Origin: an uncultured virus (IMG/VR IMGVR_UViG_3300028805_000115)
Taxonomy: Duplodnaviria; Heunggongvirae; Uroviricota; Caudoviricetes
Reading direction: 5' to 3' (one strand)
Virus record (IMG/VR): IMGVR_UViG_3300028805_000115
Length of the DNA stretch: 64,000 bases
This document shows positions 1 through 10,422 of this stretch, piece after piece. A program made the position numbers and the translations under genes. Under the pieces are notes generated by a model, which worked only from the letters and a program-made list of their open reading frames with translations, ran no database searches and was not told the DNA's origin. Each line of letters opens with the position of its first letter. The first letter of the stretch is position 1.

Positions 1-127
1 CCTAACGATTGCTAATCGGCAACTTGAATCCGTCTTATATGTTGTACCATTTTCAAGGTAAGCATTTTGTAATGTTCCGTCCCATATATTCTTCCCACAC
101 GATGAAACCTCAATTTTATCGTAGCCA
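1..127. repeat. 127-bp exact direct repeat, copy 1 (copy 2 at 63769-63895)
   Basis: Identical by base-by-base comparison; copies diverge at 128 vs 63896. Confidence 0.95.
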
Positions 128-507
128 CTTATAGCACGGATATTGCTCGGTGACGGTGTACCACTTCCTGCCTGTATCGGCTCAAATGTTATCACGGGAT
201 TTAACGCTATCTGCGCTGATTTGAGGTCTGCGATTGAGATGGGGTTACCTGTGGCGGAAGTGGTTGTCATGTCACCCGATATACCGCTATCCGTGGGATT
301 GCCACTTGCATTTAGACCCGCCAAATTACCATTTGTAGCACTTGATACCTTGTCGGCTTTATTGTCTATTGTGGATACTTTATTTTTTTCAGCCGTGGTG
401 TAATCATTTGTCGATAAGCCTTTACCAACTTCTTTATCTACTTTTTTGGCGTCAAGTTTATCATAAACATATTTTACGCCTGTATCGTTTATTGCATTAG
501 TAGGCAT
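1..507 (-). CDS. Tail fibre / receptor-binding protein, N-terminal part (runs off window start; in frame with 62683-63768 via the 127-bp overlap)
   Basis: Not in ORF track. ATG at 507-505 after GGAGGTGA, open to base 1: MPTNAINDTGVKYVYDKLDAKKVDKEVGKGLSTNDYT...GSGTPSPSNIRAISGYDKIEVSSCGKNIW. The KVDKxxGKGLSTNDYT motif is typical of phage fibre proteins. Confidence 0.75.
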   Translation of the reverse strand, partial: MPTNAINDTGVKYVYDKLDAKKVDKEVGKGLSTNDYTTAEKNKVSTIDNKADKVSSATNGNLAGLNASGNPTDSGISGDMTTTSATGNPISIADLKSAQIALNPVITFEPIQAGSGTPSPSNIRAISGYDKIEVSSCGKNIWDGTLQNAYLENGTTYKTDSSCRLAIVR

Positions 508-523
508 AAAAATCACCTCCTAA

Positions 524-1015
524 TCATGAACCTGAAAGTAAGGTTTCTATTTCTGCATTTGTCATCCAGTGAATATCCGTCTTTTTCATATAGTCTGTCA
601 TATCAAACTTAAAGTCCAGTTTTACCCATTCACCAGGAGTTCCGGGCTTCCAAATATAGAAATCATACGGATCTTCTACATCTCCTGTAGGAATAGCGTA
701 AATGGTATTCTCATCACCACTTACAGGAAGCTGACTATATGACCAATCGATATGCAGGTCGCTTATTCCGGCTATCGCCGTATCAATGGCTGTCTGTACC
801 TGCGTAGCATTCTGGAAGTTACTATCATTCTGCAAGTCAGAAGTCTTAGTAGGAATAGTCAATGTCTGTATTGCTGTTGTGATAGCATTAGCCACATTTT
901 GAGCTGTCTGATAGGTGCTATCATTTATAAGGTCAGATGTCTTGGTAGGCATCTCGCCTTTTATCTTATTGTAAATATATAAAATACCATTTTCATCAAT
1001 CGTGTTTGTTGCCAT
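524..1015 (-). CDS. Fibre-associated structural protein with PTKTSDLxNDS repeats
   Basis: Two PTKTSDL(I/Q)NDS units; lies in the distal tail module. Confidence 0.6.
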   Translation of the reverse strand: MATNTIDENGILYIYNKIKGEMPTKTSDLINDSTYQTAQNVANAITTAIQTLTIPTKTSDLQNDSNFQNATQVQTAIDTAIAGISDLHIDWSYSQLPVSGDENTIYAIPTGDVEDPYDFYIWKPGTPGEWVKLDFKFDMTDYMKKTDIHWMTNAEIETLLSGS

Positions 1016-1019
1016 GTTT

Positions 1020-1274
1020 TCATCCTCCTAATAATTGTTTTAATTCCACATTGGTCATGAAGTGAAGTCCTATATCTTCAAAGTTACTGTCTCCATTTAG
1101 AACATGAGTATTGATAGACGGCTTGTGAGTAAGCACTCTATAATCCTTCACGGCTTCCCCACCACCTTCAGTGACTTCCCCAACACTCATATCTATCTCT
1201 TCTTCTTCACCAACACTCATCTCTAATTGTTCTTCTTCATGTACTTCCATTAATACTTCAAGAGCGTCTGTCAT
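1020..1274 (-). CDS. Small acidic tail-region protein
   Basis: 84 aa, coupled to upstream gene; KPSIN..LNG motif; C-terminal HFMTNVELKQLL resembles that of 524-1015. Confidence 0.6.
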   Translation of the reverse strand: MTDALEVLMEVHEEEQLEMSVGEEEEIDMSVGEVTEGGGEAVKDYRVLTHKPSINTHVLNGDSNFEDIGLHFMTNVELKQLLGG

Positions 1275-1582
1275 TCAATAACCCCTCCTTTAAGTACCTT
1301 GTTCACATCAATCTTGACGATGTTAGTTGCAAGTGCTGTTCCGTTGGCTAACAGGATACGTATCTGTGAATCTAACTTGCTGACAGGTAACTCAAGCGTC
1401 TCTTCTTGGGACAATGTGACAGATATTGTCTTATTAGTATTATCAACCGAACACCTTGAAATGTCAAATGTTTTTATATATGGGGACAATTTTAATGTCA
1501 CCCATATCTCAACAGCATTGGTTAAATTCAAAGTCATATCCTTCAGTTTGAAAATCAGCGTTGGTGTTGTGCCCTGATACAT
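1271..1582 (-). CDS. BppU-N-like baseplate/fibre adaptor protein
   Basis: MYQGTTPTL...VTLSQEETL...QIR pattern; GGAGG RBS; tail context. Confidence 0.5.
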   Translation of the reverse strand: MYQGTTPTLIFKLKDMTLNLTNAVEIWVTLKLSPYIKTFDISRCSVDNTNKTISVTLSQEETLELPVSKLDSQIRILLANGTALATNIVKIDVNKVLKGGVIE

Positions 1583-1596
1583 CTATCCATCCTCCT

Positions 1597-1776
1597 TTAC
1601 TCTATTAATGTTTGTCCCGTCTTAATCACATATCCCACATGACCTTCGGGACACTCTAATTCTTTGAGCAAGACTTCTTGTGGGAAACAGGCTATCCATC
1701 TTTTATAGCATTTAAGGCATATCACCTCGCAAGTTTCCCACTTTTCAGTCTTTGCGTATTTCCAATTATGATTCAC
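1597..1776 (-). CDS. Small Zn-ribbon protein (59 aa), paralog of 62303-62545
   Basis: Below ORF-track cutoff. GTG overlaps upstream TGA; ...EVICLKCYKRWIACFPQEVLLKELECPEGHVGYVIKTGQ. Confidence 0.6.
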   Translation of the reverse strand: MNHNWKYAKTEKWETCEVICLKCYKRWIACFPQEVLLKELECPEGHVGYVIKTGQTLIE

Positions 1777-2756
1777 TCTTGTATTTCCCTCAAAAACTTA
1801 ATCCTCACATGCCCATTCCCGATTTTAGGCTTGCCACTTACAGGACTTTCGCTTGCTTCGTTTACTGATTCTGTCTTTGTACTTTCAGCACTTGAAGTAG
1901 GAACATTATAGCCAACCATCTTTTTGTTGCTTACAAAGGTGTTTCCAATATAGCCAGAACCTGCACCACCACTCTTACTTGATGTGCCTTTATAACCACC
2001 ATATAGTCCGCTACCACCACCACTTACATTCGTTCCACTTTCACCTTGTCCGAAAGCATATCCTGTACTTTGGTCTGCTGAATTGTCACCACTTCCAGAT
2101 ATTCCGCCAGCTTCTTTACCAGAATAATCAGTATCACCCACAAGCAATCCACCACCACCTCCGCCAGACACCATTAAGATGTCTGACAGATTAGATGCAC
2201 CTATGCTTGAAAGAAGTCCAGCTCGTTTGGCTATGTGTGTTGCTCCACCACCGTTAGAAGCATCAAATGCCATATTCATTAAAGCACAATATAAAGCAGG
2301 TGAACTATAATAAGCGGCACCAAGAGCACTGTTACCAGATGCCGTAATAGCAACAACACCGCCTAAAATCCAAGATTCTTTAGTATCATCATCAACGACA
2401 AAGCCCCAATAAAATCCATTATAAGGATAGTTTTTTGAAATCGTGTTGCTGTACAGTTTTGTATTTTCAAGTTTTATATATGAACTACGTTCATTGTCTG
2501 TCATTTCGCCTTCAAGCACATCAAATAACTTACCGCTACCATTTATGGAATGGGAAAATGCAGGTGTTTCGTATAAATATCTACTGTCAATCCAAACATT
2601 TCCAAAGGTCGAGATTAAATTATTCAATATAGGATAACCCATAGGTTTTATTGTGGAATTTGCCTGTTGTAAACTTGCCAAGCCATCACTTGTTAATACC
2701 ACGCAAGTATGTGCCTGTCCGTCTACTGTCACGGTTTCTAAGCATCTTCTTGCCAT
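1773..2756 (-). CDS. Tail protein carrying the C-terminal half of a glycine-rich domain
   Basis: GGGATHIA, VSGGGGGG, GGGSGLYGG, GGAGSGYIG, GNGHVRI motifs. Confidence 0.65.
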   Translation of the reverse strand: MARRCLETVTVDGQAHTCVVLTSDGLASLQQANSTIKPMGYPILNNLISTFGNVWIDSRYLYETPAFSHSINGSGKLFDVLEGEMTDNERSSYIKLENTKLYSNTISKNYPYNGFYWGFVVDDDTKESWILGGVVAITASGNSALGAAYYSSPALYCALMNMAFDASNGGGATHIAKRAGLLSSIGASNLSDILMVSGGGGGGLLVGDTDYSGKEAGGISGSGDNSADQSTGYAFGQGESGTNVSGGGSGLYGGYKGTSSKSGGAGSGYIGNTFVSNKKMVGYNVPTSSAESTKTESVNEASESPVSGKPKIGNGHVRIKFLREIQE

Positions 2757-2777
2757 TTCTCGCTATCCCTCCTTTCT

Positions 2778-5057
2778 TTACTCATTATTTTGTGGAACAT
2801 AATTTCCACCGCCACCATATCCATTCTGACCACCAACATTGATATAGATGGTTTCGCCCTGTGTAAGCAATACTTCGCCCTTTGCATAAGCACCATAGCC
2901 TCCACGGGCAACAAGGTTATCATCACTTGCATTGCCACCCTGTGCGCCCCATGTTTCAAGCTGATAGATACCTGTTTTCGGAGCGGTAAAGGTCTGGATT
3001 GAGCCTGTGTATACGAAATTGTAACCCTCATTACGTCCTGTAGTACAATCATCAGGGTCACTTGCTATATCAGAACCGCCATCATTTGCAAATATAACAA
3101 AGTAGTAATGACTTTGTTCATCAAGACCGCTGAATGTAACGCTTGTAGCCGTAGCCGATAAGTCAATAACAGTTCCGTCAGTTTTACTTGCCGGAATACT
3201 ATTCTTTTTAGCAACCGCCTTGACATAACTATATGAACCATCTTCAAGTACAGGAATTTCAATCGTCAGTGTTACATCAGAACCGCTTACAGTATGGCTT
3301 ACGATAAGCGGAGCCATAATCAATCGTTGTGTGTTTACGCTGATTACTTTAGTGAAACGATAATACTTTATCGGGTGGTCAGCATCATCTAAAGCAATAT
3401 GATAAGGGAAAATGCCGTAATAATATTTCTTGTTTTCCTCAATCGTATTATCAACAAAAGGTGTTTCGCTGTATTCATCACGGGTAGTGCTAGTAACAAG
3501 TATCTCGCAATCATCCCAAGGATGTACAGGAGGCTTGCTTTCACTTCTTACAACAATAGTTCCCGCCCATGCACAAGGTACAGGTTTATAGTTTGTAATG
3601 TCTGACGGGTCTGACCATGTTATTTCTACTTGATGTGTTCCGCCTGACCTTACATATTCAAGATTTACAGAAGGTTCTTGTAACAATCTTATGCCTATGT
3701 TACGGCAATACTTGATAAATTTAATAGCTGAATCATCAACAACCTCACCTGTTCCATCATTTCCATCAACTGAGCCAGTGTTTCCGCTGTCTCCCTCATG
3801 CCAATTATCATTTGTTATCTTATATCTTGGCTGTTTCCTATCGCCCTTTGCGACATATACGTCTATAAACTCTTGTAGACCGGTAAATTCGCGTTGTAAG
3901 ATATAAGAGTATAAATTCTTCACTATCGGGACATCATCGTCAATTCCGTCCGTTTCCTCATCGTAGGTGACGTTCTCAAGATTTATTCTGTCCCCGACTT
4001 CATAACATAAGTTTCCTTCACACTCACTCTCAATGGGATAATACCACATATGGGTTATCATATTTCTTAGATTGAGTGCGGCCTGCTTTATGTCATCTTC
4101 ACGTCCTGCAATGCCTATATTGTTACTGAATACAAAACTATCAACTATATTGTAAACGCTGGGATATGTATATGACGAACTTCCCTCATAGGCAATTCTG
4201 AGGTTGTTTCTGTCCCATATAGCAACATAACCAATTCCCCAAACATGATAATCTTCATAGATTACAGGTTTAAAGCTGTCATCTTCAGTTATCAATCGCT
4301 TAGGGTCTTGGTCGTATGTCTCAAGACTGATATATCTGAATACACCAGTTCTGTCTATGTGTCCAAATACTCCGTTTGCTTCAAGTAGACCTTGCATCAA
4401 AAATCCAAAAGTAACCACATCACTCTCGATGCTCTTCTCTACTTCAAAATCATCATTTACAAGGTCTGTCTCTTCCTGTTCTACAGGATAATCATAACCT
4501 GAGCCTTTTATACCCATTGAAGTCGTTTCACTCTTGGGTGTGGACAACCACTCAAATACAGCATCTCTTAATTCCTTTATTGTAAGCGTTGTAGCTGACT
4601 TATACAAGTAGTTATACAGTTTAGTGATGTCATAATCATACAAATCCTGTAAAACGTCAAAACAAGTCAAATGACGTGTTGAACGGTCATCTGAATACTC
4701 ATCCATCTTAACAACATATACACCTACTTGAAACAGTGTAGAACTATCCCCGTCAAAGTATAAGTAGACTGCTATCTGTATATCTTTAAGGCTTGACAGC
4801 GATGCCTTATTAAATATGTCAACTTCAAACTTTGACGGGTTGATTGAACCAAATTTAAGATTCTGTTCTGCATTAAGCGATTCGGAAATATGCATTGCAT
4901 CTTCCTCTACGTCTGCTTCAGTAAGTACAAAATCTGCATTCGTTATCTCAGGATAACCACTCGGAACTATCTCAAGCACTGCGGAAGAATTGACTATAAT
5001 AAGAGACACGGTCTCATGCTCTTCAAATAATTCTTTGTAGTCGTATGTCTCTACCAT
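2778..5057 (-). CDS. Minor tail / Tal-like host-specificity protein with FN3-like domains and N-half of a Gly-rich domain
   Basis: 759 aa, follows TMP and Dit; beta-sandwich repeats (YYYGIFPY, YYFVIFA); ends YTGSIQTF...WGAQGG...VGGQNG. Confidence 0.7.
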   Translation of the reverse strand: MVETYDYKELFEEHETVSLIIVNSSAVLEIVPSGYPEITNADFVLTEADVEEDAMHISESLNAEQNLKFGSINPSKFEVDIFNKASLSSLKDIQIAVYLYFDGDSSTLFQVGVYVVKMDEYSDDRSTRHLTCFDVLQDLYDYDITKLYNYLYKSATTLTIKELRDAVFEWLSTPKSETTSMGIKGSGYDYPVEQEETDLVNDDFEVEKSIESDVVTFGFLMQGLLEANGVFGHIDRTGVFRYISLETYDQDPKRLITEDDSFKPVIYEDYHVWGIGYVAIWDRNNLRIAYEGSSSYTYPSVYNIVDSFVFSNNIGIAGREDDIKQAALNLRNMITHMWYYPIESECEGNLCYEVGDRINLENVTYDEETDGIDDDVPIVKNLYSYILQREFTGLQEFIDVYVAKGDRKQPRYKITNDNWHEGDSGNTGSVDGNDGTGEVVDDSAIKFIKYCRNIGIRLLQEPSVNLEYVRSGGTHQVEITWSDPSDITNYKPVPCAWAGTIVVRSESKPPVHPWDDCEILVTSTTRDEYSETPFVDNTIEENKKYYYGIFPYHIALDDADHPIKYYRFTKVISVNTQRLIMAPLIVSHTVSGSDVTLTIEIPVLEDGSYSYVKAVAKKNSIPASKTDGTVIDLSATATSVTFSGLDEQSHYYFVIFANDGGSDIASDPDDCTTGRNEGYNFVYTGSIQTFTAPKTGIYQLETWGAQGGNASDDNLVARGGYGAYAKGEVLLTQGETIYINVGGQNGYGGGGNYVPQNNE

Positions 5058-5069
5058 AATGCGTTCTCC

Positions 5070-5501
5070 TTAATAACCAATTAGCTCCATCTTTGTCTGT
5101 CCGTATATCAGCTTATTTTCTTCCTGCCGTAATATCGTAACTTCAATATCTGGCAAGTAGAAACTATCCTCAACATAGTTATTCAGTTCAGGCACCCAAA
5201 CTCTTGCTTTTACTTTCTTCTGACGCTTCTTGACGTAATGCAACTGTATAAATTCCATGATACCATAGAACTCATTATTATCCATCTGCTTGAAAGTAAA
5301 TTCGCAATGAGCAACCTTATGAGGATATGTAGTTCTTTTCAATGTACCTGTACCATTACGTTTTGCATCTTCATCCAAAACTGAATATGTGCATTTATAG
5401 CTTTCATATATGATTTTGGACATGGGTATAACATAATCCCAATCACCAGTCTGACTGCCCGGCACTGCTTTTATTTTTATAAGATATCCCTCATAAGCCA
5501 A
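5070..5501 (-). CDS. Distal tail (Dit)-like protein
   Basis: 143 aa immediately after the tape measure gene. Confidence 0.55.
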   Translation of the reverse strand: MAYEGYLIKIKAVPGSQTGDWDYVIPMSKIIYESYKCTYSVLDEDAKRNGTGTLKRTTYPHKVAHCEFTFKQMDNNEFYGIMEFIQLHYVKKRQKKVKARVWVPELNNYVEDSFYLPDIEVTILRQEENKLIYGQTKMELIGY

Positions 5502-5536
5502 TTATAACACACTTCCTTTCCGCTTACAACTATGAT

Positions 5537-8500
5537 TTAAAACGCTGATTTATTATACTGCATACTGTAAACAGTAGCTTCTTTCTGTACTGCCTTGAAC
5601 AATCTGTTAGGGTCTCCTTTTACATCAAATACAACTTTGATTCCCATCTTTGCTATTACGTTAGCAACTGCCTGTTCTATCGTGGACAACGGGGCTTCTA
5701 CGTTTGTACCTGTTTTTTGGTCACCGACCATTGCTAAAAACGGTTTATTAGGAGGCAATACAGCTCCACGCGCTAATGCTGGTAAAGGAACACCAAATAT
5801 AGCACCTAACGCTGAAGGTAACCACTTAAGGAGGTTCTCTGTACCCTTAGTTAATGAATCTAGATAGTGGTCAACACTTGACGTTGAGCCTGACTCATAA
5901 TAACTATTTAAGATGCCTTCAAGTGCTTTTACTACCCTTCTTGCGTCCGTTGGTGACAGGGTATTGTATTCCGATACAATTCCCTCTCTCCAAGTTTCGT
6001 ACTCATTCATTAATTTCTTTTCAATAGGAGTAGTCCCAGCACCCTCTATTTGGTCAAGTCTACCAACCTCTATACCCTTGTTGATTTCAAACAGGCGTTT
6101 CATGTAAGTTCCAAAATACTCCTCTAAATCAACAATAACATCGGTCACTTCCTGTGTTGCTTTTATCGCCGCCTGTTGCTGTTCATACTGCCTGTCAAGT
6201 GCTTTGGTATTAGTGTCTGTTGCTTCTGTATTATCTTTCTCTGTCTGAGCCACACCCTGTCCCATAACTGTTTGCGTTGATTTAATACCAGACTGAGTTA
6301 AATTATATAAAGGTGTAGATGGAATAGTACCGGCCTTTGTTATCTTAGGTTCTGGTATACCCTTCGCATATTCAGCACGTATCCTCTGAAGCGCTGAGTA
6401 TGCGTACTGTTCAAATACGTTTAAGCTGGATACATCTACTTCAGGTAGTTTAAGGTTTAAGTTCTCAAACGCTAATCTTGCTCTCTCCACAGCGCCTTCA
6501 GTCTCTTCACCTAATGACTTATTAGCATCTCTTACTTTATCACCGAGACCTTCAAACGCTGTTACAGCTGAACCAACGCCTTCGTTAGTTAATACGTCTA
6601 ATTCATCACTGGTAGTAAGTGCCTGTATTCCTAAAGCACCAAGAACACCAGTCAACAAACCTACGGCAATCTTCTCTAATCCCAACTTACGACTCTGGGT
6701 ATCTAACGCTCTATCTTTCTTTCCAAAAGCACTTAATAAACCATTACTTCCAGTAATCCCTCCGACTAACCCGCCTATCTTCTTTGCAAGCAGTCCAATA
6801 CCAAGTGCTTCAGCTAATAATTTAACCGTACCCTCATCAGCTTCAATTCCTAAAGCACCTAAACCGCCACTAATAAGAAGCTGTAGACCAAGTTTAAATC
6901 CCTTGAGGAATGTTACTACCAGTTTCTTAGCAATCTCTAAGAGGTCAATGCCTAAGAATAATTCATTAACTGCTTTAGCTAATTTACCCTCCTTACTGGT
7001 ATTATCTAAGAATGCTATAGCCTCATCTAAAAATTTAGTTATCGCATCCGTAAGCATGATACCAAAGTCCTTGAGATAGGTATTTCCTGTCTCAGGATTT
7101 AACTCAAGTCCCTTTTCAAGAGCGGCCCCCAACATGTCCGCAAGGTCTGTACCTAACCCTTCAAATATGTTACCTTTGACAAAAAGTTCTAATCCTAATT
7201 CAACTAATCCCTGGAATAAACGTCCAAAAGCCATACCTGCTTTACGCCAGCTGTCATTATCTCTGAGACGCTGTTTCAAAGCATCGATAGCGTCTCCTAT
7301 AAACTTTCCAAGATTACTCCAATTAATAGTTGTTATAAACTCATCAAAGGTATCAATAGCTGTCTGTAGTGCTTCTGCGATAGTGTTTCCAATAGATACG
7401 GCTAAGGCTGATTTACCTGTTTTCTCATCAGGAAGAGTTATCCCATTTATACCAGTAGCCAGCGTATGTGCAAATTTGGTTGTTTTAGACCTTATATTCT
7501 CCCAACTAATGCTATCCAGTAACTCGGCAATCTTTTTAGCTATATCATTTGTAGCACCGCTTAAATCAGCCTTTTTCCATCCGTCAGCAATCTTTTTAGC
7601 TAATCGTGTAAACCAGCTTTCATCAGGATTAATTTCCACTTTTTTATAAGTGACTGTATCTTTTGTCAGTGCTAATGTATTTTTAGCATCGTCTTTAGCA
7701 ATAACATTAAGTTTATCGAAACTTGCTAATGCTCCATTGTTTGCTTCCTCTGCCGCCTTAACACTTTCAGCATAATCATAATTGGCAACTGTAGCTTCAT
7801 ACACATAGTCCTGTCCAGCAAGTGTGGCAAAGAATTTGCCAATCGCATTCATCATACTGACAATTTTTTGTAATATATTATCGAGTAAAGGTGTGATTGC
7901 TTTTAACAGTGGTTGGAGCATCGTACCAAATCCAGCTTTCAGCTCTTTGAAAGAATGACCAAGTTGTGAAAGATTCTGATTCACTTCAGGAATCTCTTGA
8001 GCCATTACCTTAAATGCTTCTTTTGTGTATGAGCGAATACGTCGAATCAGCATAAACAGACTTCGTATTCCAAGAGTATATCTTAAAATCATGCTCAAAG
8101 AATGCTTCATGTTGCCCATCAATCCACTATGGCTTCTATGACTTGAGTGTAAATGATGTGAAAGCTGTTTAAACGCATTTACAAGCCGATTTAAGGCCGA
8201 TTTCATTCTCGCAAGTATATTTTTACCTACATCACCTAAAACGGACCCGTATGACCGCATAGCGTTTGTTGAACGCTGTGTTGATTCTGTCGCTCTATCT
8301 GTAGATTCGGCAACATCATTTTCAGCTTGTGTGTATCTCGATAATTCAGCTACGGTTTCGCCCTGTCTTGAAAATTTTACATTATCTACAGTCTCAAGAG
8401 CGGGTCCACGAGATATTCCTCGCTTATGATGAATCTGCGGTCCACGAACAACGCCACCACGACCATTAGACAATTCTATTCTTGCCTGCGACAAATCTTG

Positions 8501-9265
8501 TGTTGCTTTTGTCTGCTGTCTTATAGCATTAGTCTCTTGATTCAAATTCTGAAGATTCTGTACGGACGCATCATTCATCTCGGCATATCTTAACAATAAA
8601 ATGGTAAGTACCTGATTCTGAATGTTTAAAGCTTCAGCTTTTTCTTTATAAGCCTGTGAATCTTTGCCAGATGTAAATGCTTCATTCTGTTCCACAAGCT
8701 GATTTAACTGACTCTGTAAATCAGTTATTACAGGTGAAAGCTGTTCAATTCGACCATTTACACGAGTCCAAGCGTCATCAAGTTTTCTGACTTCTGTTGG
8801 CAAGCTCATTTGTTCTGCTTTGAGCTGTTTTATAAGATGGTCCGCTTCTTCAACTGCATTCAAATCACTTCGAGTACGGGCCTCTTGTAACCGAGCTTCA
8901 GCATTTTCGATATCCACAATTATGGATTTTTCTCTTGCCTGAATTGTATTTCTATCTTGCTCAATCTGGTTCTGTTTTGCCTGTAATTTTGTTAGTGAAC
9001 TCAACGCTTTTTCAAGCTGTTTATTGTAATAAGCATAATCTTCTGTTGGCAGTTTTGTATTGGACAGTCTTTGAGCTTCATCTGCCAATTTCTGCATACG
9101 ATTATATGCACTTGTTAGATTCTTGATAAATGTTAAAGTCTTTGAATTGGCTGTACCCATATCAACCTTAGACAAAGTTTTTTTAACATCTGCTTCAAGC
9201 TTCTTTGCGTCCTGTAACGCTGTATCTGTGTTTAATCCAACCGGGATTCTAACTTCACCAGCCAT
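5537..9265 (-). CDS. Tail tape measure protein
   Basis: ~1240 aa, helical/coiled-coil, LASFDKLNVI and C-terminal PALARGAV motifs; follows the chaperone pair; start set at the RBS-preceded ATG. Confidence 0.9.
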   Translation of the reverse strand: MAGEVRIPVGLNTDTALQDAKKLEADVKKTLSKVDMGTANSKTLTFIKNLTSAYNRMQKLADEAQRLSNTKLPTEDYAYYNKQLEKALSSLTKLQAKQNQIEQDRNTIQAREKSIIVDIENAEARLQEARTRSDLNAVEEADHLIKQLKAEQMSLPTEVRKLDDAWTRVNGRIEQLSPVITDLQSQLNQLVEQNEAFTSGKDSQAYKEKAEALNIQNQVLTILLLRYAEMNDASVQNLQNLNQETNAIRQQTKATQDLSQARIELSNGRGGVVRGPQIHHKRGISRGPALETVDNVKFSRQGETVAELSRYTQAENDVAESTDRATESTQRSTNAMRSYGSVLGDVGKNILARMKSALNRLVNAFKQLSHHLHSSHRSHSGLMGNMKHSLSMILRYTLGIRSLFMLIRRIRSYTKEAFKVMAQEIPEVNQNLSQLGHSFKELKAGFGTMLQPLLKAITPLLDNILQKIVSMMNAIGKFFATLAGQDYVYEATVANYDYAESVKAAEEANNGALASFDKLNVIAKDDAKNTLALTKDTVTYKKVEINPDESWFTRLAKKIADGWKKADLSGATNDIAKKIAELLDSISWENIRSKTTKFAHTLATGINGITLPDEKTGKSALAVSIGNTIAEALQTAIDTFDEFITTINWSNLGKFIGDAIDALKQRLRDNDSWRKAGMAFGRLFQGLVELGLELFVKGNIFEGLGTDLADMLGAALEKGLELNPETGNTYLKDFGIMLTDAITKFLDEAIAFLDNTSKEGKLAKAVNELFLGIDLLEIAKKLVVTFLKGFKLGLQLLISGGLGALGIEADEGTVKLLAEALGIGLLAKKIGGLVGGITGSNGLLSAFGKKDRALDTQSRKLGLEKIAVGLLTGVLGALGIQALTTSDELDVLTNEGVGSAVTAFEGLGDKVRDANKSLGEETEGAVERARLAFENLNLKLPEVDVSSLNVFEQYAYSALQRIRAEYAKGIPEPKITKAGTIPSTPLYNLTQSGIKSTQTVMGQGVAQTEKDNTEATDTNTKALDRQYEQQQAAIKATQEVTDVIVDLEEYFGTYMKRLFEINKGIEVGRLDQIEGAGTTPIEKKLMNEYETWREGIVSEYNTLSPTDARRVVKALEGILNSYYESGSTSSVDHYLDSLTKGTENLLKWLPSALGAIFGVPLPALARGAVLPPNKPFLAMVGDQKTGTNVEAPLSTIEQAVANVIAKMGIKVVFDVKGDPNRLFKAVQKEATVYSMQYNKSAF

Positions 9266-9861
9266 TATTGACCTCCCGTATCCCAATTCGCCAGAATATC
9301 ATTAAGATAGTCCTGCTCTTCCTTTGTATAGTTTTCTGTACGCTTGAAAAGTTCGGGATTCTCATTAACATAGTCCTGCTCGAATTTTTCTAATTTTTTA
9401 CCTTTAATTATCTTACGTCTTATATTAACCACTGTTGACAGTGAGCTTTCACCTATAGCCATGTAATAAGCCATGAACGTCCACCAGTGCAAATATTTTT
9501 CTGCCCTTATTTCTTTACCAGCTACATTATTTATAGCTGATATAATCATTAATGAATCTTTGTCCCAGTCAATAACTTTTGCTTCCGTGTTTATTCCTGC
9601 GGACTGCTTCTGACCACAGTTAAAAAAAGAGAACATTTGCTTGACTGCCTCTTCTATGTCGCCAAGCCGTTGAATATCTTCAACATCATTCAACTCATCA
9701 TAGAATACCACTAAACAAGCCAATATTCTCTCATTTTCTTCAAGTTCTGTATCCTGTAATAATCTAAAGCAGTCCAGCACCATACGGAAGTCTCCGTCCT
9801 TCCGTATGGCGTGTTCTGCATCATTGAGTATCACAGAAGTTGGTAACTCATACTCAAACAT
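9265..9861 (-). CDS. Tail assembly chaperone, A118 Gp15-like
   Basis: DFR...D..I...YLHWWTF motif. Confidence 0.8.
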   Translation of the reverse strand: MFEYELPTSVILNDAEHAIRKDGDFRMVLDCFRLLQDTELEENERILACLVVFYDELNDVEDIQRLGDIEEAVKQMFSFFNCGQKQSAGINTEAKVIDWDKDSLMIISAINNVAGKEIRAEKYLHWWTFMAYYMAIGESSLSTVVNIRRKIIKGKKLEKFEQDYVNENPELFKRTENYTKEEQDYLNDILANWDTGGQ

Positions 9862-9866
9862 AGTTA

Positions 9867-10364
9867 TTATCCTTTTTTAACATAGCCAGGAAGCTTATTG
9901 TTAATACGGGACTTTAAGTTATAAAACTCTTTGTTGATGTTATTCTCATAAAGTTTTGTGAGCGCGTTTATAATGTACTCGAACCTGAGCTGGCCTTCGA
10001 ATACATCAAACATACAACCATTTGGTGCACACACACTGGATACAGGAGCACTGAATATGTAGTCCACAATCCCCCTCATCTTATCATCAGTATCTTTCAT
10101 GATGCTGGTAAACTTTGACATGTCCTCTTCGGACCCGTCCTCAGCTGTTTCAGGAACTTCCTTTTCAGCGGCTTCTCCCATTTGGTTTTTCAGCTGTACA
10201 AATAACTCATACAAACGCTTTAAACCCTCTTCCAATCTGTTATAGATGGTCAAATCCGACAAGTTAAGTACAAACGATGCATCGGGATTTCCATCTATCT
10301 GAATAGTAGTTCCTTTTGTTGCTGACAAATCAAGGTTAATGATTTTTTTGTTGGTTTCTTCCAT
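9867..10364 (-). CDS. Tail assembly chaperone
   Basis: Position between tail tube and Gp15-like gene. Confidence 0.6.
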   Translation of the reverse strand: MEETNKKIINLDLSATKGTTIQIDGNPDASFVLNLSDLTIYNRLEEGLKRLYELFVQLKNQMGEAAEKEVPETAEDGSEEDMSKFTSIMKDTDDKMRGIVDYIFSAPVSSVCAPNGCMFDVFEGQLRFEYIINALTKLYENNINKEFYNLKSRINNKLPGYVKKG

Positions 10365-10422
10365 AATTCAATCCTCCTGTGATATCAAAATTATTTAGTT
10401 GTAACCCATATCGGAGCGGGTA

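Noticed and set aside
1..127. Biological terminal repeat or DGR template/variable repeat pair
   Set aside because: It lies mid-gene, the copies are identical with no adenine-specific changes, no reverse transcriptase is present, and the length matches an assembly k-mer.
9850..9900. Programmed frameshift between tail chaperones
   Set aside because: An A-run (AAAAAAG) precedes the stop, but the downstream gene has its own ATG and I could not support a shift.
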